Positions 45,798-54,237 of a stretch of DNA of 58,425 bases are shown here, in pieces. Every line of letters starts with the position of its first letter. The first letter of the stretch is position 1. A program made the position numbers and the translations under genes. This stretch comes from Nautiliaceae bacterium. Its GTDB lineage: Bacteria; Campylobacterota; Campylobacteria; Campylobacterales; Nautiliaceae. A model generated the notes under the pieces. It saw only the letters and a list, made by a program, of their open reading frames with translations, did not search any database and had not been told where the DNA came from. The stretch is from assembly GCA_027008345.1 (NCBI GenBank), contig JALTBU010000203.1, positions 1 through 58,425 of the forward strand, read 5' to 3'.

Positions 45798-47707
45798 TTA
45801 AGATTAATAGCCCTTTGTATCATCTCATCACTTGTAGTAACTGTTTTAGCAGCGCTTGCAAATGCTTTTTGAGTTATTATAAGCTCAGTCATTGCCTGTG
45901 CCATATTTACATTAGAAGTTTCTATCATATGAGAATGAACAGTACTTCCAGCAATATAACCTCCGGTTTGGTCTTTATATAAAAACGCCTTGTTTGAATT
46001 GGAAGTTTCTTTAAATAAAGAACCTCCGATACTTTCAAGCCCCTGGTCGTTTGCAAAATGAAAAACAGGTATTGTCGCAAGTTTCACGCTTTTTTCATTA
46101 GAAAAATTTGCAAAAATATTTCCGTTTTGGTCTATTTCATAATTTTTAAGATATCCTTCTGATACTCCGTCTTGATTAAAAGAATAAGACACTTTATTAT
46201 CTATTCCTCTAAATGAACTTAAATCCGTTTTGATAGTTATGGGTTGAGGTAAAGATAAAGAAATCTGTTTAGGAGACAGTAAAAATCCTTCGTTATTAAA
46301 AGTAAAATCAACACTCTGTTTTGATAAAATCTCATTATTTTTAATAACAGAAATATTTCCGCTCCATATCGTATTTCCGTTATTAACTTCTTTTTTTAAA
46401 AATTCAAAACTTATAGTGTCCTTATCACCGTTTGCTTCATAAATATACCCTCCAAAACTCTTTTTGTTTGCGGTAAATTCATAACTTTTAGCAACTGTCC
46501 CAGGAACTATTATATTTCCTGCAGAAAATATATTATTAAAAAATGCTTCATTATTTTCAGCTGTTCTTTCAAATTTACTGTTAATTGTTGTTGTAGCAGA
46601 GAGGTTTTTTATAACAATTTTTCCATCTTCCACATTTACTTCGGAAATGCCTGGATATATGGTATTTAAAGCATCTTGTATTTTTTTTGCAAAAGAGTCT
46701 ATTGTATTAAATTCATTTTCAGATTCGGGTTTGTTTTTGTATACATACAAATAACCGGCAGCATTTTTTACAATATCGTCATTTGATTTGATTAAAAGTG
46801 AATTTTTAGAAGCTATCGTAATCGAATCACCATTTTTATAATATAAAATACCTTTGTTTTTTAATTCATCCGCAAGAGAATTAATAATATCTTCTTTACT
46901 GCTCCCATCAGGCAGTGTAAGTTTTATTTCTTCACCATTAACACTAAAATCAATATTTACATCTTTACCGTCTTTTTCATCATCTTTTATACATATTTCT
47001 TTTTGAAAAAGGCCGTCTTTATAAGTTATATTATCACCAAGAGTATAGGCTATTGAATTTCCGTCAACCATATTTAAAAAATTTCCGTCTTTATCGTAAA
47101 GTGCTGAAAAATAAAGAGTACTATCAGCCTTTGAAGGAGTTATTAATTTATCATCATTATTTAAATTTGCTTTTATTTTTATATTTGACGTTGCAACTGC
47201 TGGTAAAATCACATTATCCGGCAAAGAAATAGGCGAAAACTTTCCTGTATTTATCAAATCATCGGTATTGACAGAAGAATTAATTACATATCCGTTTTTA
47301 TTTTGCGTCATATTGTTTGCATTTGCAACAATTAGATATGCCCCTTCGTCATTTACCAAAAATCCTTGTGCATCCCTGCTGAATTTACCGTTTCTCGTAT
47401 AAAAACTTTCATCTCCTTTTTTAACTTCAAACCATCCTTCTTTATCTAACGCCAAATCAAAAGTATTATCCGTATTTATCAAACTTCCCATTTGTAAATT
47501 TTTTGCTGTTGAGTGGAGTGTGCTACCAAGTCCGACATCAGAACTTACGGGATTTGAAGATAAATTTTCAGAAAAAATTGTCTCAAATTCAGGAATATTC
47601 TCTTTATAAGCTGTTGTGTTTATGTTTGAAATGTTATGTCCCCATATATCTATACCGTTTTGAAAACTTTTTAATCCGGTAATTCCGTTATAAAAAGATG
47701 TTGTCAT
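45791..47707 (-). CDS. flagellar hook-protein paralogue (FlgE-family)
   Basis: 638 aa. The N-terminus is SFYNGITGLKSFQNGIDIWGHNISNINTTAYKE. The C-terminus is IETSNVNMAQAMTELIITQKAFASAAKTVTTSDEMIQRAINLKR, the rod/hook terminal heptads. It follows flgD, like the second flgE gene of Campylobacter and Helicobacter. Confidence 0.85.
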   Translation of the reverse strand: MTTSFYNGITGLKSFQNGIDIWGHNISNINTTAYKENIPEFETIFSENLSSNPVSSDVGLGSTLHSTAKNLQMGSLINTDNTFDLALDKEGWFEVKKGDESFYTRNGKFSRDAQGFLVNDEGAYLIVANANNMTQNKNGYVINSSVNTDDLINTGKFSPISLPDNVILPAVATSNIKIKANLNNDDKLITPSKADSTLYFSALYDKDGNFLNMVDGNSIAYTLGDNITYKDGLFQKEICIKDDEKDGKDVNIDFSVNGEEIKLTLPDGSSKEDIINSLADELKNKGILYYKNGDSITIASKNSLLIKSNDDIVKNAAGYLYVYKNKPESENEFNTIDSFAKKIQDALNTIYPGISEVNVEDGKIVIKNLSATTTINSKFERTAENNEAFFNNIFSAGNIIVPGTVAKSYEFTANKKSFGGYIYEANGDKDTISFEFLKKEVNNGNTIWSGNISVIKNNEILSKQSVDFTFNNEGFLLSPKQISLSLPQPITIKTDLSSFRGIDNKVSYSFNQDGVSEGYLKNYEIDQNGNIFANFSNEKSVKLATIPVFHFANDQGLESIGGSLFKETSNSNKAFLYKDQTGGYIAGSTVHSHMIETSNVNMAQAMTELIITQKAFASAAKTVTTSDEMIQRAINLKR

Positions 47708-47728
47708 CTGTTCTCCTTCCGCTTCCCA

Positions 47729-47796
47729 TTTACATATTCATTCGTAGACATATCCATTTACTCATCCACACATCCACTCATCAACCCATTAACTTA
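47729..47796. repeat. array of degenerate 8-bp units (same family) in the flgD / flgE-paralogue spacer
   Basis: tttacata ttcattcg tagacata tccattta (ctca) tccacaca tccactca tcaaccca ttaactta. There is one 4-nt phase slip. The array occupies most of the 91-nt spacer. Confidence 0.85.
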
Positions 47797-47798
47797 AC

Positions 47799-48473
47799 TC
47801 ACCCCTGCCATTCATATATTTCTTTTATTTTAGAAAAAGGCACATAATTGTTACCCAGTTTTGCATAAGCACTACCGTCTTCAAACCTTACAGATTCAAT
47901 AGGATAAGCCCCGAGTGCCGTTTGATGTTCTGTATTATCAGGAGAAGTAAATTTTGCAGTGATTTCATATGTATCGCTTGGCACTCTTTTACCATTATTA
48001 TCTGTTAAATCCCAATCAAAACTTAAAATACCCTTAGTATGCGCTTGAAGTGGAAATTCCCTTACTATATCCCCTTTTTTATTTTTAATAATCACTTTTC
48101 CACTGCTTATATCATTTCCAAAATAAAGTTCAAAACTTTTTGATTTGTCTTCATCGGTAACATTTAGATATCTCTCGCCTGTATCTGCCATTTTTCCAAT
48201 TGCACTTATTGTATTTAATTCTTGTGATTGGCTAAGCTGAGAAGCTAATTTTTCTAATGTAGATTGCATATTCTGATTCATTTCAAGTGTTGTAAGAGAA
48301 GCTGTCTGCTCAAGCATTTTGTCCGTATCCATAGGATCTGTCGGGTCTTGCATTTCAAGCTGTTTAATAAAAAGTTTTAAAAATGCATCTTTATCAAGCT
48401 GTGATTTTGGATTAAAAACCTTATCAGGCGAAGGGGCTGTTTTAGTATTTTGGTTGACTGAATTTATAGGCAT
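47799..48473 (-). CDS. flgD: flagellar hook assembly/capping protein FlgD
   Basis: 224 aa. The N-terminal FLKLFIKQLEMQDPTDPMDTDKMLEQTASLTTLE is the FlgD signature, and a C-terminal beta-rich domain follows. Confidence 0.92.
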   Translation of the reverse strand: MPINSVNQNTKTAPSPDKVFNPKSQLDKDAFLKLFIKQLEMQDPTDPMDTDKMLEQTASLTTLEMNQNMQSTLEKLASQLSQSQELNTISAIGKMADTGERYLNVTDEDKSKSFELYFGNDISSGKVIIKNKKGDIVREFPLQAHTKGILSFDWDLTDNNGKRVPSDTYEITAKFTSPDNTEHQTALGAYPIESVRFEDGSAYAKLGNNYVPFSKIKEIYEWQG

Positions 48474-48482
48474 TTTTTCTCC

Positions 48483-49811
48483 TTATGCGTATTTATATGT
48501 AAAATCAATAACAAGTTCATCTTCTTCATTTGGAACATTTGATATTTTTTGAAAATTATCCTGTTTTTGATGTTTTCTGTTTTGGTCGTTTGAATTAAAA
48601 TTCATATTAATATTTGTAAATCCCATATTTACAAGCGAATTTTTAAGCTCATTTTGTTGTGTTGTTAAAAAATTTATTGTTGTCGGGTTATTTGTATTTA
48701 TCTGGACATTAAGATTTTCCCCCTGATGTCTTATAACTACTTCTACTTTTCCAAGTTCTTTTGGATGAAGTTCAAGTGAAAGCTTGGTAAGAGGAGGCTT
48801 ATAATTTTCAACAGCTTCTTTTAATGATGAGACAAAAGTTCTTATATTTTGTTTTGCCTGAATTATTTTATGTTTTAACTCTGTATTAATTCCACCATTA
48901 AAAATCTGATTATTTTCATTATGCTTATGTTTTTTTAAAGGTTGTGTTTTTGTTTTTAAATTTACATTTATTATATTTTCATCACTGTTTTTACTAATAT
49001 TTTCGTGTAAAAGTCTATTTAAATCAATTTTATTGTTATTTAAATTTTGAACTTTTTCATTTTTAGAAATTGAATGTATATTTTTAAAACTTAAAATTTC
49101 GCGTTTTTTTATATAAGTTTTGTTATCAGATTTAAAGATTTCTTTTTTTATCAAATTAACTGCTTGTAAATTTTCATTATTTTCTTCTTTAACAACAATT
49201 TTTGTAAGATTCAAACCGAATTTTTTAGTTAAAGTAATCAAATCTTTTATATTTGAAACATTTTTAAACTCTTTTGTATTTACAAGAACTTGAATATGAT
49301 TTTCTGTTTTTGCTTTTGAGATTAAAATATGCTTTATTTCTTTTACAATTTCATTTTGCAAATTTAAAGGTATATGTTTTGTTTCTTCTTCAAATTTTTT
49401 ATCATCCATTATTAATTTTTCTAAAAAAGAAACTTTTTGATTTTTCCCATTATCATTTATATAATTTGTTTTTGGAGAAACTTTAACAATTCTTTTATTC
49501 TCTTTAATAAAAGATTTTTTTATAAAAAAAGAATCTGACTTCTTATTTTTATTGCTATGCTGTTCGTAATTCAAAGTTTGAATTTTAAGTCTCGGATTTT
49601 TTATTTCTATTTTTAATTTTTTAATACCAAACTTTTCAAACAGTTTGTTTTTTTCATTCTCTGAAAGATTTGAAGCTGTAATTATTTTTTTAATAATATT
49701 TTTATCATCAATATTTTTTAAAAGCTCAAATAAAAAATCACCACTTTTAAATGTTGTTTTTTTATTATCAAGCAGGTTTAAAATATTATCAAACAATAGA
49801 GGCTGAATCAT
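48483..49811 (-). CDS. fliK: flagellar hook-length control protein FliK
   Basis: 442 aa. The N-terminal two-thirds are low-complexity and Asn/Lys-rich. The C-terminal Flg_hook-type domain reads LSLELHPKELGKVEVVIRHQGENLNVQINTNNPTTINFLTTQQNELKNSLVNMGF. Its position upstream of flgD matches Campylobacter. Confidence 0.8.
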   Translation of the reverse strand: MIQPLLFDNILNLLDNKKTTFKSGDFLFELLKNIDDKNIIKKIITASNLSENEKNKLFEKFGIKKLKIEIKNPRLKIQTLNYEQHSNKNKKSDSFFIKKSFIKENKRIVKVSPKTNYINDNGKNQKVSFLEKLIMDDKKFEEETKHIPLNLQNEIVKEIKHILISKAKTENHIQVLVNTKEFKNVSNIKDLITLTKKFGLNLTKIVVKEENNENLQAVNLIKKEIFKSDNKTYIKKREILSFKNIHSISKNEKVQNLNNNKIDLNRLLHENISKNSDENIINVNLKTKTQPLKKHKHNENNQIFNGGINTELKHKIIQAKQNIRTFVSSLKEAVENYKPPLTKLSLELHPKELGKVEVVIRHQGENLNVQINTNNPTTINFLTTQQNELKNSLVNMGFTNINMNFNSNDQNRKHQKQDNFQKISNVPNEEDELVIDFTYKYA

Positions 49812-49833
49812 ACTTAGCCTTTTTTCTAAGACT

Positions 49834-49851
49834 AAGCAAAACTTATTCCAA
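49834..49851 (-). promoter_or_regulatory. sigma-54 (RpoN) promoter of the fliK-flgD-flgE-paralogue operon
   Basis: The reverse complement reads TTGGAATAAGTTTTGCTT (GG-N10-GC). It sits 22 nt upstream of the fliK ATG, with AAAGG between them, and starts 3 nt after the stop of the upstream DUF167 gene. Confidence 0.75.
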
Positions 49852-49853
49852 AA

Positions 49854-50138
49854 CTAAAAAGAATCTAAAAACTCTTTTACTTTTTCATTAAGAGGCAAAA
49901 CGACTTTTTTTTGTTTGCTTGTTTCACCTTTTATCTCTATTTCACTTTTTGGAACTTTAAAAGTTTTTGAAAGAAATTTTATCAGCTCTTTATTTGCAGC
50001 ACCCTCAACAGCAGGAGCTTTTATATTGATTTTTATCTGATTTTCATCATAAATTCCCGCTATTTTGTTTTTAGATGAATTTGGCTGTGCTTTTATGTTT
50101 ATAATTACTTTATTATTTTTTATTTCATAAAATCCCAT
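49854..50138 (-). CDS. DUF167/YggU-family small protein
   Basis: 94 aa. INIKAQPNSSKNKIAGIYDENQIKINIKAPAVEGAANKELIKFLSKTFKVPKSEIEIKGETSKQK matches the UPF0235 pattern. Confidence 0.8.
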   Translation of the reverse strand: MGFYEIKNNKVIINIKAQPNSSKNKIAGIYDENQIKINIKAPAVEGAANKELIKFLSKTFKVPKSEIEIKGETSKQKKVVLPLNEKVKEFLDSF

Positions 50139-50212
50139 TTATTCCCTTTATAAAATTTCTCATACATTTATTCACTTATCAACTTAATACTCAAAACTTA
50201 AACCTTAAAACT
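50139..50212. repeat. G-free spacer with a decayed 8-bp periodicity (possible degenerate member of the octamer family)
   Basis: These 74 nt have no G on the + strand. ttattcac ttatcaac ttaatact caaaactt shows the same 8-nt phase and a T..A..C bias, but it is much weaker than the other arrays. Confidence 0.4.
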
Positions 50213-50226
50213 GCCCTTCCTATGAC

Positions 50227-51363
50227 CTACTTGATTATTTGCAAAATTTTATTAATATCTACTACATTTTTAATTTTAGTCGGTTTTGCCTTTTTAATAC
50301 ATTCATTAATATTTTCAATATCACAAATTTCTATGTTCTCAACCTCTTTATAAAGAGCTTTTTGATTAAAGTAATATTTTCCGCTGATTACCGGCTTATT
50401 AAAATATGCGGCTTCAATTGGATTATGCCCTCCTACATTATCTACAAAACTTCCGCCAAGTATCACTACATCTGCCACAGCATATAAATTTACAAGCTCA
50501 CCCATTTTATCACACAAAATCAAATTATCTTCTAAATCACATTTTTCACTTTTCACTTTACATTTTTCACTTATTCTGACAACTCTCCCAAACTTTTTTA
50601 TAATCTCATAAACTTCATCAAATCTTTCAGGATGCCTTGGAACCACAACAATCTGATAATTTTCTAAATCAAGATTTTTTAATATCATCTCTTCTTCATT
50701 TTCATGTGTTGAAGCTAAAATAATTAAAGGTTTTTTCTTAATGTAATTTTTTGTAATTTTAGGCTCGAAATAAGTTTTTATATTACCTACAACTTTTACA
50801 TTTTTAGCTCCAAGACTTAGCAGTCTTTTTTTATCTTCTTCACTTTGGGCCAAAACAAAATCAATATTGTCAAAAATTTTTTTATAAAACCATTTAAACT
50901 TTAAATATTTAGGATAACTTTTTTCACTTATTCTGGCATTTAAAAGAACAGTTTTCCCACATCTTTTTTTAGCGATTAAAAACATACAATACCAAAATTC
51001 CGCTTCCATAACCACAAGAGTTTTGCAAGGCATAATCCAAAAATAAAGAAAAATTTCATATGGCAGAAATCTTACATCTGCATTTTTATATTTTTTTGCC
51101 TCTTTGTATCCCGTATCCGTAATAACACTTAAATTAACTTTATCTAATCGTTCAATTAAAGGGTTTAGTGCTTTTGTCTCCCCAAGTGAGCATGAATGAA
51201 ACCAGTAAGTTTTATTTTTAAAAGGAGGATTATTATAAAGAAAAAATCTCGCAGGAATAGATTTGCGGTATTTTGATTTAAAACTTAATATTAATAAAAA
51301 AGGAAGGGAAATCAGATATAAAATGAAAGAAAAAAAGCAATAAAAAAGAGTAAAAAAATTCAC
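50227..51363 (-). CDS. waaA: 3-deoxy-D-manno-octulosonic acid (Kdo) transferase
   Basis: 378 aa with an N-terminal membrane anchor. WFHSCSLGETKALNPLIERL is the WaaA/KdtA signature, and the C-terminal half is GT-B-like. Confidence 0.9.
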   Translation of the reverse strand: MNFFTLFYCFFSFILYLISLPFLLILSFKSKYRKSIPARFFLYNNPPFKNKTYWFHSCSLGETKALNPLIERLDKVNLSVITDTGYKEAKKYKNADVRFLPYEIFLYFWIMPCKTLVVMEAEFWYCMFLIAKKRCGKTVLLNARISEKSYPKYLKFKWFYKKIFDNIDFVLAQSEEDKKRLLSLGAKNVKVVGNIKTYFEPKITKNYIKKKPLIILASTHENEEEMILKNLDLENYQIVVVPRHPERFDEVYEIIKKFGRVVRISEKCKVKSEKCDLEDNLILCDKMGELVNLYAVADVVILGGSFVDNVGGHNPIEAAYFNKPVISGKYYFNQKALYKEVENIEICDIENINECIKKAKPTKIKNVVDINKILQIIK

Positions 51364-51369
51364 TAATTT

Positions 51370-52092
51370 TTACTCTTTATCTTTATCTTCTTCTTCAACA
51401 AACAAAACTCTTCCACAGTGAGGACATGTAACTATTTCCTCACCTTTTAAAACTTCTGAGAAAATTTTGTCATTAATTTTCATATTACATCCGCTGCATG
51501 CTTGTTTTTTAATAGGGGTAACAGCTGTAATTCCAGCCCATCTTTTAATTTTTTCATAAAATCTGTAAATATTCGGATTCATTTTTTTGATAAGTTCATC
51601 TCTTTTTTTATAAAGTTCCTCTTTTTGTTTTTCAACAGTTTCAAGCTTTTTATCAACATCTACTTTTGTAAGTGTAATTTCTGCATCTATTTTTTCAATT
51701 TCTTTTTTAAGTTCTTCTTTTTCTTCTTCTTTTTGTTCTAAAATTTTTTCAAATCTTTCAATCTCTTCATTTGCAGCTTCTATTTGTTCACGTGCCAGCT
51801 CTTCTTCAATTTGAAGCGCTTTAAACTCTTTTTCACTTTTTACTTTATTTTGTTTTTCTTCTAAATCTTTTAATTTTTCTTTAAGTTCAGCTATTAAAAG
51901 TTCATTTTTACTTTTTTTAAGTTTAATATTTTTAATTTCTTCTTCAAGTTTTTCAAGTCTTTCTTCAAGTGCTTTTTTTTGATTTTCAAGTTTACTAAGA
52001 GGCGCTTTAATTCCTGCTTCTACCGGTTCAAGTTCCTTTAATTTTCTTTCAAGTCTATTAAGTTCAATAAGTTCTTCTAAAAATTTATTCAT
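51370..52092 (-). CDS. coiled-coil plus C4 zinc-ribbon protein (COG1579; homologue of H. pylori HP0958)
   Basis: 240 aa. A long Glu/Lys/Leu coiled-coil hairpin is followed by CSGCNMKI...CPHCGRVL. It sits between waaA and a Nif3 gene, as HP0958 does. Confidence 0.8.
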   Translation of the reverse strand: MNKFLEELIELNRLERKLKELEPVEAGIKAPLSKLENQKKALEERLEKLEEEIKNIKLKKSKNELLIAELKEKLKDLEEKQNKVKSEKEFKALQIEEELAREQIEAANEEIERFEKILEQKEEEKEELKKEIEKIDAEITLTKVDVDKKLETVEKQKEELYKKRDELIKKMNPNIYRFYEKIKRWAGITAVTPIKKQACSGCNMKINDKIFSEVLKGEEIVTCPHCGRVLFVEEEDKDKE

Positions 52093-52114
52093 TTAGCTGC
52101 CTTTTTTAATGAAA

Positions 52115-52837
52115 TTATATCAAATTAAAAGGATCATCAGAATTTCTCACGACAACCTCAATATCAATTCTGTCTTTCAAAATATTTTCCATACATTCAC
52201 TGAAATATTTTTCACTGTGATAATGTGTAATGTCAATAAGATTCATTCCTCTAACTTTTGCATCCATTGCTTCATGGTATTTAATATCTCCTGTCATAAA
52301 ACAATCAGCCCTTACAAAATCAAGAAGGCTCATTCCAGCCCCTGTCGTGATTGCCACTCTATTTATTTTGTTTTTTGCTTTTACAACTCTTATATTATCT
52401 AATTTTATTTTTTCTTTTACATACGCGACAAGCTCATCAAAATTCATATCAACATCTGCATAAAAAATAAAATCTTCTGAAAATCCTTTAAATCCCAAAA
52501 TTTCTTTTGCAAAATATTCATTAAGATGAGTTTTATCAAAATTTGTATGCATAGCAATATGAGAGATGTTTTTTTTAATCATTTTTAAAAGAAGTTTTGT
52601 TGAAAATCTGTTTGGAATAACTTTTTTAATAGATTTAAAAATCAGAGGATGATGTGTGATTATAAGAGAATTTTCATCAACCTCATCAATAAGTTTTTCA
52701 TCTAAATCAATAGATAAATATATTTTTTTAATTTCACTATTATAATCCCCTAAATTAAGCCCGCTGTTATCCCACTCTTCTTGTAAATTAAAAGGTGAAA
52801 TTTCATTCAAAACATCATAAACTGTTCTTAATTTCAT
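52115..52837 (-). CDS. Nif3-family dinuclear-metal-centre protein
   Basis: 240 aa. [30 protein letters not shown] and [14 protein letters not shown] are Nif3/YbgI motifs. Confidence 0.88.
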   Translation of the reverse strand: MKLRTVYDVLNEISPFNLQEEWDNSGLNLGDYNSEIKKIYLSIDLDEKLIDEVDENSLIITHHPLIFKSIKKVIPNRFSTKLLLKMIKKNISHIAMHTNFDKTHLNEYFAKEILGFKGFSEDFIFYADVDMNFDELVAYVKEKIKLDNIRVVKAKNKINRVAITTGAGMSLLDFVRADCFMTGDIKYHEAMDAKVRGMNLIDITHYHSEKYFSECMENILKDRIDIEVVVRNSDDPFNLI

Positions 52838-53684
52838 TATTTGCCTTTATAGTCTCTACATATGTTTCAGCCACACCTTTTGCAAGTTCACGGATTTTTA
52901 AAATATAGTTTTGTCTTTCTGTTTGAGAAATTGCTTTTCTTGCATCAAGCACATTAAATACATGACTTGCCATAATTGTATAATCATATGCCGGAAGCGG
53001 AAGTTTTGCTTCAAGACATTTTTTAGCTTCGTTTTGACAATCTTCAAACCATCTAAAAAGCATATCCACACTTGCCACTTCGAAGTTATATTTTGAAAAT
53101 TCATATTCGCTTTCTTTATGCATATCTCCATAAGTCGTAGTTTCATTCCATTTTATATCATACACACTATCTACACCTTGAAGATACATAGCAAGTCTTT
53201 CTGTCCCATATGTAATTTCCACAGGAACTGGAAAAGTTTTAAGCCCACCAACCTGTTGAAAATAAGTAAACTGCGTAACTTCCATACCATCAAGCCATAC
53301 TTCCCATCCAAGTCCCCATGCTCCAAGTGTAGGAGACTCCCAGTTGTCTTCTACAAATCTTATGTCATGCTCTTTTAAATTAAGCCCTAAATATTCAAGG
53401 CTTTCAAGATACATCTCCTGAATATTATCAGGGCTTGGTTTCATAATAACCTGAAACTGATAATAACTCCCAAGTCTATTTGGATTTTCTCCATATCTTC
53501 CATCAGTAGGTCTTCTGCTTGGCGCCACATACGCCACATTCCACTCCCTGTCTTCAAGGCTCCTAAGTAAAGTCGCCGGATGAAATGTACCAGCCCCGCT
53601 TGGAAAATCATAAGGCATTACAATATTACAGCCTTTATTTTTCCAAAATTCTTGAAGTTTCAAAAGTAAATCACTAAAATACAT
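52815..53684 (-). CDS. glyQ: glycine--tRNA ligase alpha subunit
   Basis: 289 aa. [29 protein letters not shown] and [24 protein letters not shown] are highly conserved GlyQ sequence. Confidence 0.97.
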   Translation of the reverse strand: MYFSDLLLKLQEFWKNKGCNIVMPYDFPSGAGTFHPATLLRSLEDREWNVAYVAPSRRPTDGRYGENPNRLGSYYQFQVIMKPSPDNIQEMYLESLEYLGLNLKEHDIRFVEDNWESPTLGAWGLGWEVWLDGMEVTQFTYFQQVGGLKTFPVPVEITYGTERLAMYLQGVDSVYDIKWNETTTYGDMHKESEYEFSKYNFEVASVDMLFRWFEDCQNEAKKCLEAKLPLPAYDYTIMASHVFNVLDARKAISQTERQNYILKIRELAKGVAETYVETIKANNEIKNSL

Positions 53685-53694
53685 TTATTCTCCT

Positions 53695-54237
53695 TTATAT
53701 TACTTTATCTTTAATACTTAAATATTTCTTTTTAAACCACTCAATATCATTTGTTTTAACATCTTTTATCATATTTTGTTCTTTAAAATATTCTAAACCA
53801 AATTGAATTGTATTTGAACAAATCCTTCTTCGCCATTTTGGCTTATCATTATAAACAATTCCTACATATAAAGTATATTCATCAAATTTTACATTACATC
53901 TTTTTGAAATTTCTTTTAAAACATTTATACTATCAAATATTTTTTTCTTTATTTCATTATTGTCAATATCGCTACACTTTTGATTTTTAAATTCAATTAA
54001 ATAGAGTTTTTTATTTTTTTCATCAAACAATATTGTATCAACACTACTAGGAATAGGATGATTAAAATATTTTTTAACAAAAAAATCAAAATCTAATCTT
54101 TGAGATTGACATTGGCAAAGATATATTTTTTCTTTGTTAATATCGTTATTATCTGCCGATATATTTTTTAAACTATTAAAACAATTTATTTTAAAATTTT
54201 TACATATATTTTTAATGCAATAAAAAATCTCAGCCAT
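53695..54237 (-). CDS. small Cys-rich protein with a PD-(D/E)xK nuclease-like motif; partner of the upstream ATPase
   Basis: 180 aa. SSVDTILFDEKNKKLYLIEFKNQK gives D67 ... E82-x-K84 in a beta-strand-like context, the classic restriction-endonuclease-fold spacing. The N-terminal cysteines are C7, C12, C19, C41 and C43. It overlaps the ATPase gene by 8 nt. Confidence 0.6.
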   Translation of the reverse strand: MAEIFYCIKNICKNFKINCFNSLKNISADNNDINKEKIYLCQCQSQRLDFDFFVKKYFNHPIPSSVDTILFDEKNKKLYLIEFKNQKCSDIDNNEIKKKIFDSINVLKEISKRCNVKFDEYTLYVGIVYNDKPKWRRRICSNTIQFGLEYFKEQNMIKDVKTNDIEWFKKKYLSIKDKVI

